Source of the DNA: a virus
Taxonomy: Duplodnaviria; Caudoviricetes
Length of the DNA: 53,367 nucleotides
Reading direction: 5' to 3' (one strand)
Virus record (IMG/VR): IMGVR_UViG_3300003886_000006
Location: 1 to 53,367 of that record
Every line of letters starts with the position of its first letter. Within the stretch, counting starts at the first letter, position 1. Of the stretch, positions 1 through 8,525 are shown in pieces. The notes beneath the pieces are model-generated. The model searched no databases. It was given only the letters and a program-made list of their open reading frames with translations, and was not told the DNA's origin. A program made the position numbers and the translations under genes.

Positions 1-91
1 AAACCGTTTCGACGTTCCGCAACGAAAATGTGGATTTTGCATCTGTACTTGTTGAGGAGGAACCTGGCCGGTTGTGTTGACCGTGTTGCAG
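1..91. repeat. Terminal overlap, copy 1 (circular assembly)
   Basis: Bases 1-91 are identical to 53277-53367, and an ORF reads in frame across the join. Confidence 0.97.
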
Positions 92-97
92 GTTTCA

Positions 98-793
98 TCA
101 GCCGCCCCCCATCCAATCTTCCCCGAACACCGCGACCCACGGTGCCATGAGCGTATCGATATGATGCTGTTCTAGGCCGTATTGACCTACCAGGTCAACT
201 ACAACTAGGGCTTGGGCAGCATCCCAGGCGGTGTTCCAGGTGGCTTCCCAAGTGGCGTCCCGGGTGTCGTCCCGGGTGTCGTCCCGGGCGGTGTTCCGGG
301 TGGCGTTCCAGGCGACACCCCGGGCGACACCCCGGGCGACACCCCGGGTGACTTCCCAAGTGGCGTCCCGGGCAGTACTTCTGGCGGCTCTATACATAAC
401 ATCTAGTTTTCGTAACTGTTGAGCGCTAGCCGATTCCAGCATCTCTAACATTTTCACAACTGCGGCCCCGTTCGGTCCGAAACTTAACGCCCGGTCCTCT
501 TCCCGCATCGGCCCGATCTGGCGAAACCCGAGCTTGTCATTCCCCTCAACAACCGGGTTCCCTTCGAACGACCACAACCGAAACGGCCACCTCACACCCC
601 ATCTGCTCGACGCGGCCATCTCCGGGGTGATGCAGGCATGTAAAACCGCGTCGCTGCACGTCTTGTACCTGTCCGCTTTCGTTCCCCGCCCCGGCCGATA
701 TATCCGCCCTTTCTTGTAGATAAACTTCGGATCATGCCAAGATCCGCCGTCCACCCTGGTCGTCTTGTAATATCTGGTTTTCATATCCGCCAT
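98..793 (-). CDS. Hypothetical phage protein with 4-aa (12-bp) AWxA/TRDx repeat tract
   Basis: 231-aa ORF; repeats ATWE/VTRG/VARG/TRDD/AWDA near the C-terminus; same architecture as 37222..38052. Confidence 0.8.
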   Translation of the reverse strand: MADMKTRYYKTTRVDGGSWHDPKFIYKKGRIYRPGRGTKADRYKTCSDAVLHACITPEMAASSRWGVRWPFRLWSFEGNPVVEGNDKLGFRQIGPMREEDRALSFGPNGAAVVKMLEMLESASAQQLRKLDVMYRAARSTARDATWEVTRGVARGVARGVAWNATRNTARDDTRDDTRDATWEATWNTAWDAAQALVVVDLVGQYGLEQHHIDTLMAPWVAVFGEDWMGGG

Positions 794-1311
794 TTCCTCT
801 CAATCTCATCTTGTGTCAAATACTCTTCACCTGCTACCGCCGCGGCCGCGTTCTCCCGCAGCATCGCCGCTTGCTTCTCCAAACCTTCGGCGCGTCTCCC
901 CATCTGTTCAGCTTCGTATCGCCTTGCTTGCCGTTCGATCGTGTCCAGATTCGTTGCCATCTCGTTTTGTATCACGTCGCGGAAGTCGTCTATCACCGCG
1001 GCCGCATACCCATACGGTAAGTCTGTCGCCACATACGCGGGCACTCCAACACGGTGCAAATATCCACCGTACCAAGCCACAGACCATCCTTCACCTTCCG
1101 CCTTTTCACCTATACGTACCCGCCCGTATCCCCGCGTTTCAACCTTTTTCCCTTTCGGCGTGTACCCTTTCTCGGGTAGGTGAATCACTGCGTAATATTC
1201 CGGTGCAGGATCGTACGGTCTACCTGCCTGCCTTTCCGGATAGTCATGGTCGAAGATGATTTTGACTTCCGCGTCTCCACGTTGAACCTTGACTGTGTGT
1301 AGTTCTACCAT
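781..1311 (-). CDS. Hypothetical protein, C-terminal coiled coil
   Basis: 176-aa ORF, AGGGG SD-like site, overlaps the downstream gene. Confidence 0.75.
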   Translation of the reverse strand: MVELHTVKVQRGDAEVKIIFDHDYPERQAGRPYDPAPEYYAVIHLPEKGYTPKGKKVETRGYGRVRIGEKAEGEGWSVAWYGGYLHRVGVPAYVATDLPYGYAAAVIDDFRDVIQNEMATNLDTIERQARRYEAEQMGRRAEGLEKQAAMLRENAAAAVAGEEYLTQDEIERKWRI

Positions 1312-1472
1312 TGTGTCGTGCCCCTATGCTCGTGCCTGTTTTACCTGTCGCGTCTACGATGTGCTTTACCGTCTCTATCCTCTCTCTCCTCCCATCCCCC
1401 CCTGCTCCCCCTACCTTCTCGCTTCCCCTATCCCCCGCGCGCCGTCCACCTTCCCCCCTCCCCGCGCGCGCG

Positions 1473-1943
1473 TCATCTTGTCTCTTGCCCTACTACCCTC
1501 ATCAGATCCGACGCGTCCCACAGCCTCTCGTCTCTTGTCGCGTCATCATCAAACCGGGCAATCCGGCTTATCGCGTCCCGTATCCAATACAGTGTCGTCG
1601 TGTCATCATCGGCCATCATCCGGCCGGATAGTTCATGAAGGATGATGGCGAGAATATGCGGTGCTTGAACATTCCCCATGTCACGTATCTGTTCGTCTTG
1701 TTCTGTGGCAAGATCCTGCAACCCTGTCAGTTCTTTACATGCGAGAATGTTGATGCTTGTCGCTGTTGTTGACATGTTGTCAAGGCTGGCCTGTGCAGTT
1801 TCGATGTGGCTGCGAATGGAGAAGCTTTCCACCCTTTCGTCACCGATCTCTTCGAGGTGTTCGCGAATATTCACGATCTGTTTCGACAATTCTTCTGTCA
1901 TCTCTCTTAGCTTCTCGGCTGTATCGTGTCCGTCGTCTGGCAT
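1473..1943 (-). CDS. Hypothetical coiled-coil protein
   Basis: 156-aa ORF with strong AGGAGG RBS and heptad-like composition. Confidence 0.75.
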   Translation of the reverse strand: MPDDGHDTAEKLREMTEELSKQIVNIREHLEEIGDERVESFSIRSHIETAQASLDNMSTTATSINILACKELTGLQDLATEQDEQIRDMGNVQAPHILAIILHELSGRMMADDDTTTLYWIRDAISRIARFDDDATRDERLWDASDLMRVVGQETR

Positions 1944-1978
1944 AACTTGTCCTCCTACGCTTCCATGTCTCTAATCAT

Positions 1979-1996
1979 TGTAGCAGTTCTGCTACA
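1979..1996. promoter_or_regulatory. Palindromic operator-like site TGTAGCAG-NN-CTGCTACA overlapping a minus-strand TACAAT -10 box
   Basis: Perfect 8-bp arms just upstream of gene 1473..1943; related copies at 5832-5847 and 51806-51821. Confidence 0.6.
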
Positions 1997-2552
1997 GTTT
2001 ACCTAGTCAACCTTTCTCATCTGTCTATCCCCCCCGGGATTTGACAGTTGCCTTAGCAACATTCCCCCCGGGATTCGCGGCCGCCTTAGACACCGAAAAC
2101 ACCTTGGCGGCTCCCAGGTTTTCCCATGGTCTTCCCATTTTCCAAAATCTGGAAACAGGTTGGAAGGATCGTTGGAAGAATCTGGGAATGCCAAAATCTG
2201 GGAATGGAAGGATCTGGGAATGGAAAGATCTGGAGACTGGAGTAAGGGTGGAAGATACTGGGAGCTGAGAGCGGTCGGGCTGGTCGGGCTGGTCGGCGCT
2301 TGATCGTTTTACCATCAGTCCTCTTTCTTCGTTTCCCACACCTATCCCCACATCTACACCTATCCGTCTATGTCTGCGTCTACCTGCCCGTAACAGACGT
2401 GTCGGTACCGGTCACTGCTACCGACTACACGCGACGGTAGAGGCGATTTGGTGGGGAGTAGTCGGTTCGGTTGGTTAGTCGTGTCGGTCGTGTCGGCCGT
2501 GCTTATCTCCAGTCGTCTCCTATTCGCCTACATCCGCGTCTACCGGCCCGCG

Positions 2553-2601
2553 GCTACCGGCCCGAGACCCAACATCATTATCGGGATCTCGGGCCGGTAG
2601 C
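2553..2601 (-). terminator. Strong hairpin, probable terminator of the early-type operon
   Basis: 15-bp perfect inverted repeat GCTACCGGCCCGAGA/TCTCGGGCCGGTAGC just after the stop at 2644. Confidence 0.6.
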
Positions 2602-2643
2602 GGACGGTAGGTGCGGAGTCGTGGAGTCGCGAACAGTCGCGAA

Positions 2644-2859
2644 TCACAGATAGACGCGTCGCGTATCGTCGCGTATTCCGTCGGTCTCGGTTTCGTCAAT
2701 CTCCAGGTAGCCGCGGTACGCGTCGTGTTCCGCCAACACTGCTTCGAGCAACATGGCGGTTCCGGCACGTTCACGCGTCAACTCGTTGACCGATTTGGCC
2801 AGTATCCGGTTTGCAGCTTCTAGTAGATCATCGATTTTGACTGTTTTCCGCCGCGTCAT
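2644..2859 (-). CDS. Hypothetical phage protein (MTRRKTVKIDDL...)
   Basis: ATG at 2859 overlaps the upstream TGA (ATGA coupling); 71 aa. Confidence 0.7.
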   Translation of the reverse strand: MTRRKTVKIDDLLEAANRILAKSVNELTRERAGTAMLLEAVLAEHDAYRGYLEIDETETDGIRDDTRRVYL

Positions 2860-3206
2860 TGTTGTATCCACGCGGTCGCGTGCATACGATTCCCACCGTA
2901 TTGACTGCCACACATATGACATGCGTGCCATGAAAACCATGGTTCGCATGGGGCGCATCCGCCTGATTGATAGTCGGCGGTGCATTGTTCACAGTCGCCA
3001 CTATCGGCTAATGCTCCTAACGTCACATCGGTGTCTATCCCAATTTCGTGGGCGATCGCGGCCAGATATGCGACGTTGCCACATTCAGTCTCGGGCGCGT
3101 CGGGATACGGTGACCAGGTAGTATCGGGTAGGTCCCCATTGCCCACATGCATATAGCAATCAGTGCATATGGTTATTGTGGTTGGAGTTTCGTGTTCATG
3201 CGCCAT
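2856..3206 (-). CDS. Cys-rich hypothetical phage protein (putative Zn-binding)
   Basis: CxxC motifs CTDC, CEQC, CAPC, CHMC; start placed at MAHEHE after a GGGAG RBS. Confidence 0.7.
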   Translation of the reverse strand: MAHEHETPTTITICTDCYMHVGNGDLPDTTWSPYPDAPETECGNVAYLAAIAHEIGIDTDVTLGALADSGDCEQCTADYQSGGCAPCEPWFSWHACHMCGSQYGGNRMHATAWIQQ

Positions 3207-3291
3207 AGGTGCTCCCATCTGTTGCTGATACCTATGGGGGACGCGCGGAGGTTCGCAAATCTCCGCGCGTCGGCCGATAGGTGTCAACGTG

Positions 3292-3714
3292 TCAGCAATG
3301 GCACGCACAATCATCGTTGTCACAATCATCCACGCCGTCCACACCGCCACACCACGGACTTAAAAACAGCTCCCCATCGTGCCAGTGAAAAATCACATCT
3401 TGGGTTGTCCGCGCCTCGTTGAGCCATTGCTCACACGCGTCGGCCGCGTCGGCGAGGGTTTGAAAATCATCAACCCCGATGTGTGGCGTGACAGACGATC
3501 CCATTATTGATGCCATATCGCGTTCCGCGATTGCCGCGATATATGCTCTCTCATCTTTCGACTTTTCATCTTCGGCGCTATCGACCCATCCGTGTTCGAC
3601 CGCCATCTGCACTAGCCGCGCGGTCGCATATTGGCCCCACCAGCCGTCGATGTAACAGCCGACATCCGCCAGTCCGTATCGTTGGGTGTTCGTCTGGTTC
3701 GTCTGGTCGGTCAT
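3292..3714 (-). CDS. Hypothetical phage protein
   Basis: Start MTDQTN overlaps the upstream stop (ATGA); GCYIDGWWG and WHDGELFL look like conserved cores. Confidence 0.75.
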   Translation of the reverse strand: MTDQTNQTNTQRYGLADVGCYIDGWWGQYATARLVQMAVEHGWVDSAEDEKSKDERAYIAAIAERDMASIMGSSVTPHIGVDDFQTLADAADACEQWLNEARTTQDVIFHWHDGELFLSPWCGGVDGVDDCDNDDCACHC

Positions 3715-4163
3715 GACAGTTCGCTTTCTTTCATCTTCGCTTCCATCTTCGCCTCCGATGACCAGTGAATGTATCTGCCCGGTACCGGCCCGCAGTCGCA
3801 CCACTCCGACGCGACAGACGGGTAGTAGACAGATCCGCGTCCGTAGTCGACCCAGTTACCGCCGTGTCGCGTGATTGCCCGGCCGGATGCGCGTATTTCC
3901 GCGTCGGGTACGTCAATCAGTAGGTAGGTGAAAAAGTCCCCGTGCGCGTGCCAACATGCGGCAGATATTCTCCGACCGGTTGTCGGGTTGATGCTTGCGC
4001 CTGCCGAACCCGAGTCAATCACTCCGAGTCGGACCCGATACGCGACAATCGTTTTGTAGCCGACCCGATCTAGTCGGGTAAGTCGAAGATTGTCTCTGTA
4101 GTGTCCGGTGGTGCGTTGGATCGCGTGTTCAATGTCGGCTTGTGTCGCGTTGCGAATTTCCAT
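3711..4163 (-). CDS. Hypothetical phage protein (AACWHAHGDFF motif)
   Basis: GGGAG RBS before MEIRN; Cys/His cluster could bind metal. Confidence 0.75.
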   Translation of the reverse strand: MEIRNATQADIEHAIQRTTGHYRDNLRLTRLDRVGYKTIVAYRVRLGVIDSGSAGASINPTTGRRISAACWHAHGDFFTYLLIDVPDAEIRASGRAITRHGGNWVDYGRGSVYYPSVASEWCDCGPVPGRYIHWSSEAKMEAKMKESELS

Positions 4164-4173
4164 TGTCGTCTCC

Positions 4174-4434
4174 CTATCTGCTCTGTTTGGCCGGTACATG
4201 TCCGCTGACTGTCCCACGTTTTCTCTCCACTATGCGTTCCCGCGCTATCTCTCGCACAATCTCTCGCTCCCCAAACACAACCTGTTCATGTTTCCGGTCG
4301 CGATCCGCTACTTCCGCAACGATCCACAAACCGGTTGCGCGGTTGTGTATCCGCCGGATCGTTAGACCGCGTCTAGCCGCGATTTGGCCGATGGCATGAT
4401 GGATATCCGGTGTCGTCTGTCTCCACAATCCCAT
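4174..4434 (-). CDS. Hypothetical basic protein
   Basis: AGAGGAG RBS before MGLWRQ. Confidence 0.6.
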   Translation of the reverse strand: MGLWRQTTPDIHHAIGQIAARRGLTIRRIHNRATGLWIVAEVADRDRKHEQVVFGEREIVREIARERIVERKRGTVSGHVPAKQSR

Positions 4435-4481
4435 TGTTTGTCTCCTCTTCGTTCGTCTGTTCTCAATTGTCGTTGGGTGTC

Positions 4482-4832
4482 TCAATCATCGCCGGGTGTC
4501 TCGATTGCCCAAGTCGGGTCGCCCGCGTTGTCGGCGATACTCCGACCGAGTCGGCTCCAGTCCTCCTCGTCACCGTCGCGTTTGAGTTCGTAGAGGGCGG
4601 CGCGAGCTTCCGTGTCGGTCGGGTCGGTCGGGTCGGCTACGGTGACGGTCCCAGGTTCGACCTCGGCGTCGACCCAATAGTCGATGTCGTACACATCGGT
4701 CGGGTCGTCTTCGGCGTGATACAGGATCGACGCCCACGTGTACCAGACGTCACCGTCTTGCTGATAAGAGAGGCCGGCTGTCCGGGTCTCTTCGAGTGAT
4801 CGACCGCTCGGGTCAGTTTTCGTTGTCGCCAT
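4482..4832 (-). CDS. Hypothetical acidic protein
   Basis: AGAGGAG RBS before MATTKT; D/E-rich. Confidence 0.7.
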   Translation of the reverse strand: MATTKTDPSGRSLEETRTAGLSYQQDGDVWYTWASILYHAEDDPTDVYDIDYWVDAEVEPGTVTVADPTDPTDTEARAALYELKRDGDEEDWSRLGRSIADNAGDPTWAIETPGDD

Positions 4833-5112
4833 TGTCTGTTGTGCTCCTCTGTTCGTCTGGTTCGGTAAAACTGATTGTCGCGGTGGTTGCTGTGGGGATC
4901 TGGTCGGCGGTCGCACCGTACTGTCGCGCCTGCGCGACCCAGTAGTGCCGCTGGTTGATTTCTGACTGTAAAGCGCCTAGGGCTCGCGCAATGTTCGTAT
5001 CGACCCAGTCGATCATGTTGAGACTCAATTTGCGTCGTTCCTGTTCGTCTATCGCCATGCGGTAAGTGTTGATCTTTCGGTCTGTTTTCCAATTTGGTTG
5101 TTCTGTCGCCAT
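4813..5112 (-). CDS. Hypothetical protein
   Basis: AGAGGAG RBS; 99-aa helical ORF. Confidence 0.7.
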   Translation of the reverse strand: MATEQPNWKTDRKINTYRMAIDEQERRKLSLNMIDWVDTNIARALGALQSEINQRHYWVAQARQYGATADQIPTATTATISFTEPDEQRSTTDNGDNEN

Positions 5113-5188
5113 TGTCTGTCGTCTCCTCTAGTCGTCTGTTCTCTTCCCGTCTCTTCCCACGTCTCTTCTACCGCCCCCCACATCTCTT

Positions 5189-5281
5189 CTACCGTCGATG
5201 TCGTGTCCGGTCGATTAGGTACAGCAGTATCGGCCAGATGGCTAGTGCTGCGGCTGTGGCGAGGAGCGTTGTGGTGGTCAT
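5189..5281 (-). CDS. Putative 30-aa membrane microprotein (MTTTTLLATAAALAIWPILLYLIDRTRHRR)
   Basis: Hand-translated; ATGA-coupled to the upstream gene; one hydrophobic helix and a basic tail. Confidence 0.45.
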   Translation of the reverse strand: MTTTTLLATAAALAIWPILLYLIDRTRHRR

Positions 5282-5472
5282 CGGCTGTTCGTCGTCCCGG
5301 TTTGTACGCGTACGACGAAGATCGGTCCCACCCAGTACAGATGGACCAGGTTGACGGTTCCCGGCAGCGCTATCCGTTCGAAGCGTCTGCCGGTTGGTCC
5401 GCGTTTCGCGTCGTCTTTGCGGCGACGGTAGATGGTGAAGGTGGAGTTGCGTAGGTGTGGATGTGGCCTCAT
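5278..5472 (-). CDS. Hypothetical basic protein
   Basis: AGAGGAG RBS before MRPHPH. Confidence 0.55.
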   Translation of the reverse strand: MRPHPHLRNSTFTIYRRRKDDAKRGPTGRRFERIALPGTVNLVHLYWVGPIFVVRVQTGTTNSR

Positions 5473-5515
5473 TGTTCGTCGTCTCCTCTGTATTGTTCGT
5501 CGTCTCCTCTGTCTG

Positions 5516-5773
5516 TCAGTATCCCATCTCCATCTCATGCATCATGATGTTGTAGTTGTCCCATTCCTCTTCGGTTGTGACGCGTTTACTGTGGCAATGA
5601 TCGCATGGATGATCATATGTACCGCTCATGTAGTTGTCGACGAAGTCAGATCCTTGTTCATCCATCTCGTCCGCGGTGTACGCGTATCCGTGGAGAGTTT
5701 GTGTGCCGCGTCCGTGACAGAGCGGGCAGACAATGTAGGGTCCGTGTTTGGTGTCGCCGGTCATGGTTTCCAT
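5516..5773 (-). CDS. DnaJ-like zinc-finger small protein
   Basis: CPLCHGRG...CDHCHSKR motifs; GGGAG RBS. Confidence 0.75.
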   Translation of the reverse strand: METMTGDTKHGPYIVCPLCHGRGTQTLHGYAYTADEMDEQGSDFVDNYMSGTYDHPCDHCHSKRVTTEEEWDNYNIMMHEMEMGY

Positions 5774-5831
5774 ACTGTCTCCCTTGTTTGCGCGCGCGTG
5801 TTCTTCCGTGCGCGTCGGTCCGCCACCAACG

Positions 5832-5847
5832 GTAGCAAATCTGCTAC
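5832..5847. promoter_or_regulatory. Operator-like palindrome GTAGCAAATCTGCTAC upstream of the early-type operon
   Basis: One mismatch from the 1979-1996 palindrome core; overlaps a minus-strand TACCGT. Confidence 0.55.
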
Positions 5848-5914
5848 ACGATGCCTAGGGCCAATATCTGCCAGCCGCCACCAACAACCAGGTCTACACC
5901 ACCAACAACCAGAC

Positions 5915-6056
5915 CAGACATATCCGACCAGTCCCATTCCGCCACACACACATATCCGATAACCATATTCTGACTACACACACATATCCGATAGCCACAT
6001 TCTCACACACACACATATCCGATATGTTGCCAATATCGCATACACATGTCTGATAG
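5915..6056. repeat. Phased direct repeats (core CATATCCGAT, iteron-like)
   Basis: Cores start at 5919, 5951, 5983, 6014 and 6045 (outer two degenerate); period 31-32 bp. Confidence 0.8.
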
Positions 6057-6296
6057 GTGGAGGCAGACAGACGTTAGATGACGGTTATGTGGGATATAGG
6101 TGGCGTGTCATGCGGACAGCAAAAACACATTAGGTTTACCGAATACTAGACACTGCTTTACTGCCACATATTGGAAGGGATTTGGTGGTGTGGGGTAGCT
6201 GATGGGTTGACGTGTTCGGGTTGGATCTGCCCGGTAAAGCTACTATCCATTCACTATTCGGCATCTAGCATCTGATGTTCGATACCTGATAGTTGA

Positions 6297-6312
6297 TGTT
6301 TCACGTGGAACA
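6297..6312. promoter_or_regulatory. parS: parS site 1 (ParB/Spo0J binding site)
   Basis: TGTTTCACGTGGAACA; the reverse complement TGTTCCACGTGAAACA fits the chromosomal consensus TGTTNCACGTGAAACA. Confidence 0.9.
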
Positions 6313-6436
6313 TCGGCCGGCCATCTACGTTACGCGCCAGCCGTCATCGACCAGTAGATATTCGGTTAAGCGGATATTCGGTTAACCAAATACATGCCCA
6401 TTTCTCTGTCACCAGCCGACACATGTTTCCGTCTGA

Positions 6437-6452
6437 TGTTTCACGTGGAACA
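6437..6452. promoter_or_regulatory. parS: parS site 2
   Basis: Identical 16-mer 140 bp downstream, in the identical 21-mer TGATGTTTCACGTGGAACATC. Confidence 0.9.
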
Positions 6453-6855
6453 TCCGCCTGCTTGCCTATCTTTCCTCTATCTGACAGCAGCCGAAACGCT
6501 ATCTACTCTTACCCATCCTTACATGCTTCTAAATAACATCAACCTATGATCGTTAAACAATGTTATCTATCATCGAATATCACACATATCACTGTATAAA
6601 GATGGTAGAAAATCCCAACCCCGGCCCGAAAAGGCAGAATATGGGAGGACATGCCCCCCGCAAATTTTCACCCAAAACTACTGGCGGTTAAGAAAGATTA
6701 GATGGAGTAGAGGGGTGGAAGAGAAGAAGTAGAGAAGGAAGGTAGAGGAGTGGTGGAGTAGAAAGGTAAGGAACGGTGGGTAAAGGGTGAAACGACAGCG
6801 GGGTGGAAAGCAACCGCCTCCCCACCCCACCACCTCAACAACAACCTATCAACAA

Positions 6856-7236
6856 TCAGCTATCCGCCACATCCCCATACAACGGTGTGGCTGCAACCCC
6901 CAACATCCGTTCCGCCCACGGATATCTGCGACCCAGCCAACGCGCCGCGACATAATACAACGCGGACAGGCCATTCGACATTGCGATAATGACCGATGCG
7001 GAAGTCGAATCGGAGACGACAATGTTGAACTGGCGGGCCAGCAACGTTACCAGATAGCCGACTGCGATCGGAGTCAACGTGCGGATATGGCCGATAATGT
7101 AGTCGGATAGGACAGAACGCGGACGGGGGCTTTGCATAGAAGACACGTTGAGATTGAAACCCGAACCGGCCGGACCGTCTGCCGGACCGTCTGTCGAACT
7201 GTTTGAACTGTTCGGACCGTCACCTACAATTTCCAT
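6856..7236 (-). CDS. Putative holin
   Basis: Two hydrophobic segments (IRTLTPIAVGYLV; SALYYVAARWL); directly follows the endolysin. Confidence 0.75.
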   Translation of the reverse strand: MEIVGDGPNSSNSSTDGPADGPAGSGFNLNVSSMQSPRPRSVLSDYIIGHIRTLTPIAVGYLVTLLARQFNIVVSDSTSASVIIAMSNGLSALYYVAARWLGRRYPWAERMLGVAATPLYGDVADS

Positions 7237-7264
7237 AACATCCTCTCCTTACCTTCTTACTTCC

Positions 7265-8386
7265 TTACTTCCTTACCTTCTTCACCAAACTGTCCAGCCG
7301 TCCGCCGACCGCATTCAAATCGCGGGTGATCGACGACATAGCCACCTCGCAGCTAGACAAACCTGTCTTCAACTTGGCAATATCCGACCCGATCTGAGTC
7401 AAAATCGGATCAGATATGCGGCGCAGGTTACGGTCAAACGTCGCCCCCATCGTAACCTGCAACAGACTGGCGAACATTTTGCCGGTCACAATCGAACCGC
7501 GATCAGACGGGGCAGCACCCGGGATCTGGCCGACCGCGTCAGCCGTCCTATCCCCATACACGCCGTCCTCAACCAGACCGGTGTTATACACGTCGTTTAG
7601 TAGAGACTGGATCACCGCAACATCGGACCGTTTAAAGGCGCGAACCCCGGACCCGTCACCCCGTTTGATAGGTAGAAAAGGCATATCATCTCCTCCGATC
7701 GGACTGTTTGAAAAGTCAACCATACGATTCGTAACTAAACCTAGGAACTGTTCCCATTCGTTACTGTTGAAACCCGGATCGGTGCGGCGGGTAGGGTCCA
7801 GATTGGTGTGGCCGGTGAACCCGGCTAAACCCGAATCGACCTCAGCTTTCGTACGGAACACAACCGGAATCGAATACAACGACGCGACCTTCGCACATTC
7901 GATAGCCGCTGCCTCCAACAGGGCGGTTTTAAACCAGACAGGGACAGTCCCCCACTTGGCTGCCCGAGTCGCAATCTCAACACCCCAACCCCGCGTGTTG
8001 TAGCCGCGGACGTGAAACGCGACCGCAGTCGAAGGGAGCAGATGGACAGTCGAATCGGAATCGACAACCACATGGGCGGACGCAGGGCGGGCGTTACCGG
8101 TGAAATATTTGGCAACAGACTCCGCACCCGAATCGGGTGGGATAAAATCGGGGATGTTCTCCGCAGTATGAACAACGATAATGTCGGGGGCGCGGCCAGC
8201 CCGACGCGACGGGTAACCCCAAAAACGCAGCCCGTTAGACCTGACCGGCGCAAACCGGTTCTGATGGGTGAAAAGGAAATATGAAGCAGGGGGAGAAGGG
8301 GAAGCAGGGGAAATGGGGAAAGAAGGTTTAGCAGATTTGATATGTGACATCGATGGCATCCTTTCCGAAATCTGAGGCAACGTCAA
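7265..8386 (-). CDS. Endolysin: Amidase_2 N-acetylmuramoyl-L-alanine amidase with peptidoglycan-binding domain
   Basis: IVVHTAE, SAHVVVD, AFH, GVEI, GHTNLDPTRRTDPG amidase motifs; C-terminal IQSLLN...EDGVYGDRT. True start may lie downstream of 8386. Confidence 0.9.
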   Translation of the reverse strand: MTLPQISERMPSMSHIKSAKPSFPISPASPSPPASYFLFTHQNRFAPVRSNGLRFWGYPSRRAGRAPDIIVVHTAENIPDFIPPDSGAESVAKYFTGNARPASAHVVVDSDSTVHLLPSTAVAFHVRGYNTRGWGVEIATRAAKWGTVPVWFKTALLEAAAIECAKVASLYSIPVVFRTKAEVDSGLAGFTGHTNLDPTRRTDPGFNSNEWEQFLGLVTNRMVDFSNSPIGGDDMPFLPIKRGDGSGVRAFKRSDVAVIQSLLNDVYNTGLVEDGVYGDRTADAVGQIPGAAPSDRGSIVTGKMFASLLQVTMGATFDRNLRRISDPILTQIGSDIAKLKTGLSSCEVAMSSITRDLNAVGGRLDSLVKKVRK

Positions 8387-8525
8387 AGACGAAACCGTCG
8401 ACTAGCTGTTTAACCGACCAGCCGACCAGCTGTTTAACCGTTGACGACGATAGCAGAAGGGCAATCGACTACAGCACTGTCAGAGAATGGTAAACGGAAA
8501 CGTTGAATCATGTCAGATCCACATG

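Noticed and set aside
1-91. 91-bp terminal repeat as a physical phage DTR
   Set aside because: It lies inside a gene that reads in frame across the join, so it is best explained as assembler overlap of a circular or permuted genome.
2003-2351. ORFs in the 2.0-2.5 kb region
   Set aside because: Low-complexity ATCTGGGAATG-type repeats, no convincing RBS or protein-like sequence; treated as non-coding.
5915-6056. Mini-CRISPR array
   Set aside because: Period is only 31-32 bp with ~14-bp intervening segments that resemble each other; too short for repeat-spacer units.
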